Source of the DNA: a virus
DNA length: 64,000 bases
Strand: one strand, 5' to 3'
IMG/VR virus record: IMGVR_UViG_3300021425_003044
Coordinates: 2,259 to 66,258 of that record
Shown one piece after another: positions 20,601 through 30,600 of this stretch. Every line of letters starts with the position of its first letter. The stretch's first letter is position 1. A program made the translations under genes and the position numbers. The notes under the pieces were generated by a model. That model ran no database searches, was not told the DNA's origin, and saw only the letters and a program-made list of their open reading frames with translations.

Positions 20601-22153
20601 TAAGAAAAATTGTTTACAATCTGCAGCCGGAAAGTGGTGTTAATAATTTGCGCCCGATTGACAGTAATCAAGATACTAAAATTTACAGTGGTACATATGA
20701 TGCCATAAATGGCACAGCAGCAAATGAAGGTATACTTTTAGTAGATCCAGTTAATACATTTTCTATTGGCGGATCTTATGCAGAAATTACAAATGCAGTC
20801 AATGGTCTTTCTACAGAAGGTAACGATATTCTTGTAAGCACTGTCCGAGAAACAGATAGTGCCAGATTGATTTTTGCCATCAGACCTGATAGTATCATAA
20901 ACGCAGACGTAAACTCAAGCGCAGGGATCTTACAATCTAAATTAAATTTAAATGCTGCAAGCACAAGAGCAAATGCAACTGGTATAACCCAAGCAAATTT
21001 AGGATTAGCAAGTTTTAATAATTATGAATTTAATTCAACAAATGGTTGGATCCAACTTATAGATGCTGCTTCTACAACTGATTCAGAAGGTATTTTGACA
21101 AAAACGGCAGGAATATCTGCTAGTAAACTTGATCATATACCAAGTGGAACTTTATTAGGCAGATCTGCGACAGGCAATGGTGCAGTTTCAGCTATACCAT
21201 TTAGTTCAGTAGTTGGAGGCGGGGGAGCTGTATTAAAAAGTTACTTTACATCAAACGGAGCCTTAGTAAAAACAGGAGCAGATACTTTTTCTGTATTAGC
21301 GTATTCCACAACTGCTACAGCTGATAATTTAGCACAAAGAGGAAGCGGAGGAGAATTAACTGGGTCAGACTTAATCTTTACAAGTTCAGTAAAATTTAAT
21401 CAAGCAGGAACAATTAGAAATATATTTACCAGTGGAGGTACCGGACAGATTAGGGTAAATGGAAAAACACCAACTTCTACTAATATTCAACCCTCAACAG
21501 AAGTAGGTTATGTTGCTGTATCTCAAATTTATACAGGGGGCATAGCAAGTACTAATACCGACACAACTGAAGGTGCAAATATATATCTAGGTCCTGGAGG
21601 ATCAACAAATGCAACCAATAATAGTATTGTGTTTTGGTCAAATGGCGCCGATAGATATAGGATAGATGGAAACAATTTTATTCCATTTAACCAAGCCAAT
21701 CTAGGAGATGCAGCGAATCCATTTGGAACCTGTTATGCAAATGTTTTAAGTGGTTATGCAACAAAAGCAAAATATGCAGATTTAGCTGAAAATTACCTCG
21801 CTGATGAAAAATACGATAATGGCACTGTATTAGTGTTCGGTGGTGCTCAAGAAATTACTGTAACTAACACAAAAGGCGATAAACGTGTAGCAGGAGTAGT
21901 TAGTACAAATCCTGCACATTTGATGAATGAAGCACTAGAAGGAGAGCATGTGACTCCATTGGCACTACAAGGGCGTGTACCATGTAAGGTCATTGGTAAA
22001 GTTGCAAAAGGAGATATGCTTGTAACAAGTGCAATAGCAGGTTACGCAATCGTTGATAATGATCCAAGGATAGGAACTGTCTTAGGTAAGGCAGTAGGAG
22101 AAAAAACCGACGACGGGAAGGGCGTTGTTGAAATTGTAGTAGGAAGATTATAA
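14663..22153 (+). CDS. giant virion structural protein (baseplate-anchored tailspike/fibre-like, 2496 aa)
   Basis: T4 gp9/gp10-like N-terminus (NIGxxxNDGTGDSIRxxFxKVNENF); interrupted beta-helix motifs; C-terminal YADLAE...GVVSTNPA...GRVPCKV intramolecular-chaperone-like domain. Confidence 0.85.
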   Translation: MARQEVNIGVEGNDGTGDSIRQSFRKVNENFVELYAVFGLGGRIEFTTLSDTPNVLTPHSIPLVNAAGDYISLVELATDETNSVEFEFVDGVGDTPGQLIIKAGFTRVADDTTPKLGGSLYASNFVIAGSIVDQDALDLLNIQNNTNLTVDNIVITKGYADLRYITSEAPIPIKDEPTGIAQYTWEIFDYISTPGAYESSLYIVSRKDPFTQQEVIGGHGLDSAYNGTEVTFVANLQAPTALIDSTTITPGNPTGDILSPLYIRVISDNHLWLFTNREFATAQDPAIAADNKLDITTAEIGEGDVHTITLSALDTTLSGNFLSNQAVPRKSVVLRGGDTMTGPLYLSDHPGDIQGSGTPNGIEDLQAATKLYVDQGAAHSSPEVLFVSTGGDDSMQGVPAGKEGTADAYAFRTIGAAAARADEMIRTAESTPGPYIQTCTYTDNNVTLKSKVLETFIDGGTQQGGYNLNSRTLLLLNRKFIQKETISYINKTYPNFQYDVDYCERDIGLLIDAIRYDLYRGLNTNTLTFQAAERYYSSVSGRRAITVQQSQTIAAINFASALSVDVLNQQQPFRILVQSINLGSPAQLTISSALSNDYNDGDLITFLGIPENESMSVLNNEAFYIRIDEDRLIIYLYTDEDLINPYSTENIGSAYVNTSDFAYFGKIYQTEEEQIFDETVGDVTFAEISAVETKWTLITDIIKDIDSPLLPDINYGAVYKVVVSNGNIGFLDQTSDVNSDALPGKVLRGKRSEAIGRIVRFNNNDILNAQGTELQPTTFDLHLLSAKDFEPDEELEYANYIKKKEIVIRVEAGNYYEDYPIKISNNVSLKGDEFRRVIIQPKIEALSNQPRISQSKWANTYFYRDSYFDGLTLTANGTSQFVNQLGENQGWFGYHYLNDPSTPINVHNGIAIENPLGNTTAAKILEKNEDFLAAEVLHFVNVTYPSLNYDQAKCERDVRMIVDALYHDLIYGGEEKTLETQGSYHGSSYQESNNVLEDNPGQVDATIAAMMQLKSLAQSLLSGTIPAYTNTAESPVELRNAIGQLLEGETDTVENIGKMIDKISFVFDADYNPPKRTDEMDVFLLGDTTIIRNVTCRGHGGFMCVLDPDGQILTKSPYTQTASSFSRSLNKQVFAGGMFVDAFVGNLPVTVMQDPNIDPYKLYVTSAAGEGLFIRPPQLPCPFYLDGIRYQVNAISNYDQAAGTAYIYLDKTSGGGAGFNVGTIPVEGVSIFLQTAGNRSLLANDFTQVNDLGYGLVVTNGAFSEQVSMFTYYCHTAYYACNGAEIRSLNGSNGYGNFALVSEGADPNEIPDQVLLKNTMARPAEIYAGIGSTSGATYNANEGSSFLILTNMLVPPLPQSIITIDHGGQTNAAGEAFNILHYRIASVSSLTALVGDVSTGAVDTTLYRVELRADDVFVEDYFGLLATNLTNGTYVDYTDNIQNYFYNVAIPERLVTRPSTAINFDESDEITYRSLDFQTEDPYGASLAADEIRVTLEQNFDFIQLVPYQAKTGQGYNQTGNTWAAIETLPAGGTYTDDVRIIDPTSPKVFSFQGRSHRIVTYSVVQEVQGLATIPGVTKDDDITQSNGFSAKVAWNNGGYDLELYNVVGTWDPNLAYEINTVAQPLSTSSTFIPTTDWAVIQFTDEFDIVGTGTGLANNISADYEFIFAGLAANSTAEITIAISLLRATGHDFTQIGTGGYNTSNYPNVILGDPLIPLTDLYWTNAPDGQSSAQVWEKRKGRVFWVSTDQYGFFRVGRFFSVDQGTGAITFSGEVGISNANALGFKKGVTIDEFSADESMIDDSGSAVPTEKAIRSYITQVLGTNPHANPSFPGSGFMPLSGLSTLPTPVEMSGNLGLGGNKIEDVGVPQNGNDAVNKNYVDKNIGNFDSFGKLKDFMPAIRQVDNTLGVPSPNSLAQPIQENEIFVSSGSYIIYITTDDITGSFDDGAEIRNAANPSLANVFGDIVQSIAYADPIYGNVRKIVYNLQPESGVNNLRPIDSNQDTKIYSGTYDAINGTAANEGILLVDPVNTFSIGGSYAEITNAVNGLSTEGNDILVSTVRETDSARLIFAIRPDSIINADVNSSAGILQSKLNLNAASTRANATGITQANLGLASFNNYEFNSTNGWIQLIDAASTTDSEGILTKTAGISASKLDHIPSGTLLGRSATGNGAVSAIPFSSVVGGGGAVLKSYFTSNGALVKTGADTFSVLAYSTTATADNLAQRGSGGELTGSDLIFTSSVKFNQAGTIRNIFTSGGTGQIRVNGKTPTSTNIQPSTEVGYVAVSQIYTGGIASTNTDTTEGANIYLGPGGSTNATNNSIVFWSNGADRYRIDGNNFIPFNQANLGDAANPFGTCYANVLSGYATKAKYADLAENYLADEKYDNGTVLVFGGAQEITVTNTKGDKRVAGVVSTNPAHLMNEALEGEHVTPLALQGRVPCKVIGKVAKGDMLVTSAIAGYAIVDNDPRIGTVLGKAVGEKTDDGKGVVEIVVGRL

Positions 22154-24306
22154 TGGCAAAACAATCCGTAAATATAGGAAGTAGCGAGAATAAAGGCGAC
22201 GGTGATCCGTTAAGGACTGCATTCCAAAAGATTAATGAAAACTTTGACGAACTGTATGTCCAACATGGATCTGACACTGGTGTTGTTGGCACAGAATCCA
22301 CTGTAGACATAAATGTAAATGAAACTAAAATTGCAAGTTTTACAAGCGAAGGATTGATTCCAGAGCTAGACGAAACTTATAATTTAGGCTCACCTGATAA
22401 AAAGTGGAATTCATTGTACGTAGCAGCAGAAACTATTTTCTTAGGTGACAAAACACTAAGTGCAAATAAGATACTAGATTTTGATCTAAATATCAGTCCG
22501 GAAATTTTAGAAATACAAGTAGATGAACCTACTGCAGGTCACGGCACAGCATGGCTTTGGACATGGGCAACTAGCAGTCTGCCTTATGCAAGGACTGTAA
22601 TTACAAACAATCCTCAAATAATTGTACCTTTATATATGCAAGGACAATATCAAATTAACAACTTTGCTAGCAGCATACACGGTGACATGACACAAACCCA
22701 CAGCTTTAAATTAAAATGGGTAGAAGGTGCAGGAGATGATAATCTTGTAGATTGGGTAAATTATGCAGAATTATCAAAAAGCCATCCAGATATAGATAGC
22801 GGAAATAGTCATACAATCACTGTGCTACAATTTACAGTGCCTGCAGAAATTACAGTACCAACTTTAAATCTTCCAACTGTTAATTATTATATTGAAGCAG
22901 GAATGAACGACGGTTCATTAAATTGGATGTTTATGCCGGACCCGGCAAACCCTACTGTGACAGGAACTGCACATGGATTTAACACAACTATAGGTCCTTG
23001 GTACAGAGGAGGAACTTATATAATCAATGTCAATGCTGCAGGTCATCCTTTTTACCTTACTACAGACGAAACAGCATTTGCAGCAGGAGAATACATAGGA
23101 GAATACACAACTGGTGTTACTGGCTCTAGGACTGATGTGGGAACAGTAACTGTAGTTGTACCTATGGATGCACCAGATACACTGTACTATCAGTGTGGTA
23201 ATCATCAAAGCATGCGAGGAGAAATAAGGGTAAAGGATCTAGAAGTTGAAACTAATGAAAACGGAAACTACATTATATATGGTCAACATAGCCAAGAAGA
23301 ACATTTTACAAAAATTGAGCTTAGACCAATTCCTGCTCTTGTAGATCAAATGTGTTTGGTTTATGATCAAACTAATAACAAATTTGTACCGCAAGATTTA
23401 GCAACATATGTAGAAAGGACTCCTAGCTTAAAAAATAAGATTAAAGAAGTAGCAGGAACTGCAGGAACAACCACTACATCTACTGCCACAGCAACTGTAG
23501 CAGGAACAAGAGTTTTATATGATTCAAATTACTTACCTGTAATCGGTAATGAACCAGGAGATACTGCTTTCACAACTGACACTGGTAAATTCTATATTTG
23601 GGCAAATAATAATTGGAATACTTCTGAAAGCAGAGGAAATTATGAGTTAATAGATGAAGTTTCATTTGTACAGGCTACAGAAGCGGGTGTAACATTTGAA
23701 AATGAGTCTGATGTTCTAAATTACTCAGAGATTAAATGTACATATGAACTTTCAGATTGGTATCAATCGCCAACACAATTAAATTATGACAACGGTAACT
23801 TGACAGGAGCTAGGATTCGGATCCAACCTTTTACAGGAAATATTAGTTCACCGTCAGTGATAGAACATAATCACTATAGACTATATATAAACACAAACGG
23901 ATCTCAGTACCTGGATTCAACTAAATGGACAGGTACTGATCTGTTCGTAACTAATTATGATGCAATAGCTTATCCAATTTTTAATAATACTTATTATCGT
24001 ATTGCCGACGCTCTGGCACATAAATTGCAAGGATACATGAGCTATTATACAGGAATAGCAACTAATAACGATAATAATGGCCCATCCATCATAGGCGGTG
24101 AAAGTTTTACTACATATCCCAGTTATCGGCTAACATCACTAAACTATATCAACATTCCGGGTTATTACATACGGTTTTACGATGGTGTTTATTTAAACAC
24201 GAAACTCAACTTTACAGCAGAAAAAGTTCCGCATGGATTTATATTAAAAAACAATCCTGGTGAGTGGATGTCTGGAATATTTAGACTATACGGAAGAACA
24301 AGATAA
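22153..24306 (+). CDS. baseplate/tail-fibre protein with cupredoxin-like domain (717 aa)
   Basis: gp9/gp10-like N-terminus (GDGDPLRTAFQKINENF); GHPFY...APDTLYYQCGNHQSM; followed by a fibre chaperone gene. Confidence 0.75.
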   Translation: MAKQSVNIGSSENKGDGDPLRTAFQKINENFDELYVQHGSDTGVVGTESTVDINVNETKIASFTSEGLIPELDETYNLGSPDKKWNSLYVAAETIFLGDKTLSANKILDFDLNISPEILEIQVDEPTAGHGTAWLWTWATSSLPYARTVITNNPQIIVPLYMQGQYQINNFASSIHGDMTQTHSFKLKWVEGAGDDNLVDWVNYAELSKSHPDIDSGNSHTITVLQFTVPAEITVPTLNLPTVNYYIEAGMNDGSLNWMFMPDPANPTVTGTAHGFNTTIGPWYRGGTYIINVNAAGHPFYLTTDETAFAAGEYIGEYTTGVTGSRTDVGTVTVVVPMDAPDTLYYQCGNHQSMRGEIRVKDLEVETNENGNYIIYGQHSQEEHFTKIELRPIPALVDQMCLVYDQTNNKFVPQDLATYVERTPSLKNKIKEVAGTAGTTTTSTATATVAGTRVLYDSNYLPVIGNEPGDTAFTTDTGKFYIWANNNWNTSESRGNYELIDEVSFVQATEAGVTFENESDVLNYSEIKCTYELSDWYQSPTQLNYDNGNLTGARIRIQPFTGNISSPSVIEHNHYRLYINTNGSQYLDSTKWTGTDLFVTNYDAIAYPIFNNTYYRIADALAHKLQGYMSYYTGIATNNDNNGPSIIGGESFTTYPSYRLTSLNYINIPGYYIRFYDGVYLNTKLNFTAEKVPHGFILKNNPGEWMSGIFRLYGRTR

Positions 24307-24315
24307 GGAAGAAAA

Positions 24316-24570
24316 ATGCAAGTACACACGTCAAAGGGCATTATTGAAATACCAGATATGCCAACTGTAGATACAATTGAACATCTAAAACAAACACGCA
24401 AAGAAGAACGGAATCAATTATTAGCAGAAACTGATTGGATTGTAACAAAATCTTTAGAATCAGGAGAGGCAGTACCGGATGAATGGAAACAATACAGGCA
24501 AGCTCTCAGAGACATCCCTACACAACCTAACTTTCCAGATAGTATAGAATGGCCAACAAAACCAGAATGA
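24316..24570 (+). CDS. tail fibre assembly chaperone
   Basis: RNQLLAETDW...WKQYRQALRDIP...WPTKP. Confidence 0.85.
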   Translation: MQVHTSKGIIEIPDMPTVDTIEHLKQTRKEERNQLLAETDWIVTKSLESGEAVPDEWKQYRQALRDIPTQPNFPDSIEWPTKPE

Positions 24571-24577
24571 GAACAAG

Positions 24578-24585
24578 GATAAATA
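24578..24585 (+). promoter_or_regulatory. late promoter element GATAAATA
   Basis: Intergenic, upstream of a giant structural gene. Confidence 0.65.
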
Positions 24586-24611
24586 CAAAAAGTAATTTAG
24601 GATTTTAAAAT

Positions 24612-27600
24612 ATGGCAAAACGATTTCCCCTTGTAGTTGACACAGAAAATAATAATAGGATTATTGAACTTCCAATAGACGACTGTTTAGATTTAACTGG
24701 ATCAGATATTTGCTCAGTTGAAAATATAACTGTTACAGGAACAATAACACTACCAACTGGTTCTGTAACAAGCTTTACAGGTAATTATAGTGACTTAGCT
24801 GACGCTCCGTTTATTCCAACATCATTTTTAGATCTAGAAGATATAAATGACGGAGAAGCAAATACCTACTTAAAAACTGACGGTGCAGGTAATTTTTCTT
24901 TCCGACCGTTGTCGATGAGTTATCTAAACCTAACAGATGTTCCAGCTATTCCAACATCACTTACAGACTTACAAATTTCAGACGGAAGCGATGGACAATA
25001 TCTAAGAACTGACGGAAATGGTAACTTTACATTTCAAAATATTAGTGATATTAGTTTTGGTAATTTAATCATAGATAACAACACAATTTCAAATAGTACA
25101 CTAAATCAGCCTATAATATTACAACCTAACGGTGTAGGCTCTGTAACAATTGCAAGTAATACAAGTTTAATTATACCTGTTGGTGATTCTAATACAAGAT
25201 CACCAAATTTACAAGGCGCAATTAGATTTAATACAGACGGAAATGTTTTTGAAGGATACAATGGAACTGGTTGGGCAAGCTTAGGAGGAGTAAGATCATT
25301 AGATGGAGAAACATATGTATTAGCAGAATCGGCTCCAGGTGCAGGCGATGACAAATTACTGTTTTATACCGACGGTGTTTTAAGATTAGAAATAACTAAC
25401 AATGAAGTTAATTTTAACGATGCCCTAACTGTGAATATAGACACACTGAGTGTTACAAATTTACAACTAGAACAATCATTAGATTTATCAGGAGATGTAA
25501 GCTTAGGAGATTCAGCCGACGACACGTTAACACTGTACGCAAAAGTCGACGGAGATATTATACCAAAAATAAATGATACTTTTACAATTGGTAGCAAAGA
25601 TTTCAATTGGAGAAATTTATTTGTAAGCGAACGTGCTTTTATAAACGATTTTGAATTGCCATTGACAGATGGTAGTAAAAATCAAATTATGTCTACTAAC
25701 GGTGAAGGTCAATTAAATTTTAAGAGCCCAGATTTATGGGGAGGTAATAGGGTTTACGTAAGCAGTATATACGGTAGTGACGAAAATGACGGCATAACTG
25801 CTCCAGTAAAATCTATTAAAAAGGCAATTCAAATAGCAGGTTCTATGGTTTTTGAACCATTGACTTTAGACGAAACTATTGAATTTGAAACAAGCAATCT
25901 AAGATTACAAAAAGAAAGTATAGCTGATGCAACAATAAAATTTATAGCCGATACCTATGGTAGTTCTTTCGGTTATGATACAATTAAATGTCGTAGAGAC
26001 ATGAGTTTAGTTATTGATGCAGTTTTGTTAGATCAAGCACTAGGCACAAATTATAATCAAGTTACTGCAGCAAATAGTTTTTTACGAGCAAATGCTACCT
26101 ATACAAGTCAAAATGAATCTGCAAGAACTGTAATAGCCTTAAATGAATTAATAAGTCAAATAACAAATTTAAATATTTGGAGTACAGCACTAACAGATAT
26201 TACAACAGGTATCAACCAAGTTAAAACATATATTGACACACAAGATCCAAACACAATTAATCCATTAAACTATCCTATTCCAAGCGTACTACCAACTCCA
26301 AATGCATTAGAAGCCCATTTACGTATTGGTGGTAATTTACTTTTTATACAAGATGAAATCACTGCTTGGATTGCAGAAAATTATCCAGCATTGGTTTATG
26401 ATAGCACAAAATGCAGGCGTGATATTAGTTACATAATTGATGCATTAAAACACGATATCCTATACGGTGGAAATTACGGATCTATTACAAACGCAAAAGC
26501 TTATTTTGTGGGAACTGCTGGGCAATTAGGAGTAGGACAAGAAACTGCGACTGCAGACGCTTATGTTCATATGGCTGAGATAGTTACAAAAGTAGTTTTG
26601 GGGCAAACGATAAGTCCAACTACTGGCAATAATACTGCACAAGATTTGACAGGATCAAATGCAACAAAAACTGAAGCATTGCGTCTAAAAGAACTTATTG
26701 GAATAATTATTGATGTAATTAATGATAATAGCATAGATAATATTACAAGAATTATAATGCCTTCAAATTCTTGGACAGATATTAGGAGAAAAGATGCAAC
26801 GAATATTATTAAAGAAAATGAATATGAAATAAAAAATAATGTTATAAATCATATAAATGTAACAGAAAATTTGTATGATAGCATCAAATGTCATAGAGAT
26901 GTTCAAGAAATAATTGATTCTGTTATTTACGATTTACGGTATGGAGGTAACAGTAGGACTGTTACGGCAGGAGAATCTTATTATGATGCAAATAATAATT
27001 TATACATAACAGGACAAGTTACAGAAACTCAAGCAGCAATATCCTATGCCAAAACACTAGCCTTAAACTATGTTACTGGAACAAGGGCAACGGCTTTATC
27101 TGCAAGTATGGATCTAATCAATGATATAATTACAGACAAGACAAATGCACCGGCAAAAGTTTTTGGTGATTATAAAATTAAAAATATCACAGTAATGATA
27201 GCAACAGGTGACTATATAGAAGATAATCCTCTTATTGTCCCAGATAATGTAAGTATAATCGGAGATAATTTACGTAGAGCTATTATCCGTCCAAAAAATG
27301 CTAATAGAGATATGCTACGTGTACGAAATAGCGTCTATGCAACAGGAATAGTATTTAGAGATCATTTAGACGCAACTGGCACACCTGACTATACATTTAG
27401 ATATTGTGTAAGTTTTGATAATCCATTAGATACTGCAACTAGTAGAGCAGGGTATGGTGATTTACCTGTTACAAGACCAAAAATATTTACATCTCCCTAT
27501 ATACAAAATTGTTCAATCATATCATTCTTAGGCGGTAATGGTGTAGAAATTGATGGTAATTTAGTAGATGTACCAAACATTCCACCAACAAATATAGAAG

Positions 27601-30600
27601 CGGAAAATCCTGTAGATCTAGCAGATGGCATTCCTGAACAAGGTAAATCAATGGTAGCAAATGCATTTACTATTTTATCCTTTGGAGGAAATGCGTGGAG
27701 GGTTATTAACGATGCATATGCTCAGATAGTAAGTTGCTTTGTGATATTTTGTGAAAACGGTTGTTTAACACAAAACGGGGGTTACCTTTCAATCACAAAC
27801 TCAGCATCAAACTTTGGTTTATTTAGTCTTAGATCTACTGGGTATAGTCAAAACAGCTTCATATATGACAGAGGCTATATTTTCAAGCAATTTGAAGTTG
27901 AAGGATTTCAAACATTTGGAGTGTTAGGTTTAAAACGAGCACCTTTAGAACATTATGTCCTAAGATTAAAAGACAACCTAGGCTCAAACGATGTAACCGA
28001 TAGTTATCTTTTTAACGAGCAAAATAATTTAGTTTTTGCAGAAGCAATTGATCCTGATATAACGAATGTTTCTGGTAATCAAATTACATTTCCTCAAGCA
28101 CATAATTTCCTAACTGGTGATTATGTTGAATATGATGCAAATGGTGATGCTGAAATAGTGGGACTCTTAAATGAAGTAAAATATTATGTCTCAGTTCCAA
28201 ATCCAACATCAATAATACTTTATCACGATGAAGACTTTGGAAAGCCAGTTAGAACCTTAGATGCATCTGTATGTACTGGTACTCATTATTTTAGGAAAGG
28301 TGACGAGTACGTATATGTAGAAGAAGTACTTGAAACACATAACACATATCAAGATTGGCAACTTCCTATTACAGAAGGTGGACAAACTGTTAATTATGGA
28401 ATTGTTGTAGGAAACTTTTTTAGTGCAACTAATACAAGTGGCAAAACAATTTTTGCTGGAGTCGCCGGATGGGACTTCGCTAATAAAGTGATGACAGTAA
28501 GTATTGAACTTGTTACAGAAGGTACTAATACTGTAAGAAATTTAGGAGATGCAGGAACAACAATTGCTAACGGACCGCTACATAGTTTTCCAGGAGGCAA
28601 TATAACTGTTTTAAGTACAAGTCCTAGAACAGATTTATATACTAGTGATTTTAAAATCCTAACTACTCAAAACCCAGGTATTATAGATATTGCAAACACA
28701 GTTACAAAACAAGTTTATTTCCACAGACCGTCGATTTGTAATTCATCGGCCCATACTTGGGAATTTGCTGGTTCGGGTATTGACTATAATGCTCTTCCAC
28801 AAAACGGCGGTTTGACCGATGAATTTTTTGAACAAGTTAGCACAATACCAGGTAGAGTTTATAGTTCAGGAACCAATGAAATTGGTGACTTTAAAGTAGG
28901 TACCTTTGTCAGAGCCTATAATAGAACAGGAAACATTGATTTCAAAAACAAAGTAAACATTGGAGAATTAGATTCATTAAGTTTAAGTCTAAGTTCAGGT
29001 ATTGTTGTTAGTTCAATATCAGGAGATATTGAACTTGGAGATAATGAAATTGGTGGTCCTAGCAATAGCAGATTAATTACTCAGTTAGCTATTAGAAGTT
29101 TTCTAGAAAACAGACTTGGTGATTTTATTGATAAACAAGTTTCATCAAATGCAATACCTAGTTCAGTAGTCCAGCTTAATTCCTCAGGGCAAATAAATTC
29201 TGACTTAATCCCTCCACAAGGAAACTTTACTGCATATATAGTAGAAACTTTTAAAGGAAGATTAGAATTACACGAAACAATACCTGTAACAGATCTAAAT
29301 GCCGGCGACATTGTTATTGAAGAATACGACGAAATAACACTTACACTAACAGATGTTGTAAGTCTTGTTGAGGGAGAAACAATTACCCAAACAACTAATT
29401 TCGGAGCTGGCAGTATTATTGCAACTGGTGTTGTAAAACAAGATTTTACCAACCAAACTGAAATTAAATTAATAGAACCATTTACTGGTACATTTACAGC
29501 AAACGTAACACAAAATACATTATCGGGTTCTACAAGTGGTCCTTTGTTAGACACGCAAACAGACGGCATTTATCCTCTAAGTGTTGCTGGTCCAGTAGAA
29601 GTTAGACAAAATTACTTTATAACAACAAGTAGAGCTAAACAATATTTGATTACTGATCCTAGCCAGTCATATACTTTTACACAATTAATTTTAGACGGAA
29701 CACAGATACAAGGAGCCGTTAGTAATGCAGTAGGCGTAATTGATGAATATAAAGAAGGCGTTTTAACCGGTGTAGATATAATTAATGATTTGCCAGGGGG
29801 TACAGGATACACACCAGGAACTTATGTAGATGTTCAACTTGTCTATGGACCTAATAGCGGTGGATCTACATTAGGGGAATTTGCTTTAGCAGATATTGTA
29901 GTAGATGCATCAGGTGAAGTTACAAGTGTAGACCTAAAGCGTGGCGGGTATGGTTATGCAGAAGGAGAATTATTATCTGTACCAGTTAACCCAGGAGATG
30001 TTACATTACCAGGTGCATCATATGTACCTAGATCAGCAGCAGGAATTGATTTTGAAATCACTATTTCTAATATTGAAAATAGATTATACTTAACTTTAGA
30101 CCAAAGTGCTGGTTTAGAATTTAATGCAAACAACACAAATTTGGACTTTATTGTAGATGATACAGATATAAGTGTAACAATCACACAAGGAACACAATTT
30201 ACAGCAGGCTTTAAGGGCGATACAACAGGAGTTGATCAGGCAAATGATTACATTATTTTCCAAGCCCCTCATCCCTTTGTTAACGGAGATCATGTAAGAT
30301 ACAATTCGAATTCTAATCCAGTTGTACCAAATTTGGTTAATGGCGATACATATTATGTAAAAGTAATAGATCCTAATACGATCCAAGTATATACTGATTA
30401 TGGTTTACAAGGACAAAACCTAGTTAATATTGCTGGAACTAGCGGCACTAATAACCACTTTTTTGAGACCGATAGCCTAGCAATAGATGTAGATAGATTT
30501 TATCTAGCAAGCCACGGTCTAAGCACAGGAGATGCTGTAAAAGTTACTGCCGCAGACGCACCTGTGGGAATGACCAGTGGAGAATTCTTATTCGTTGGTA

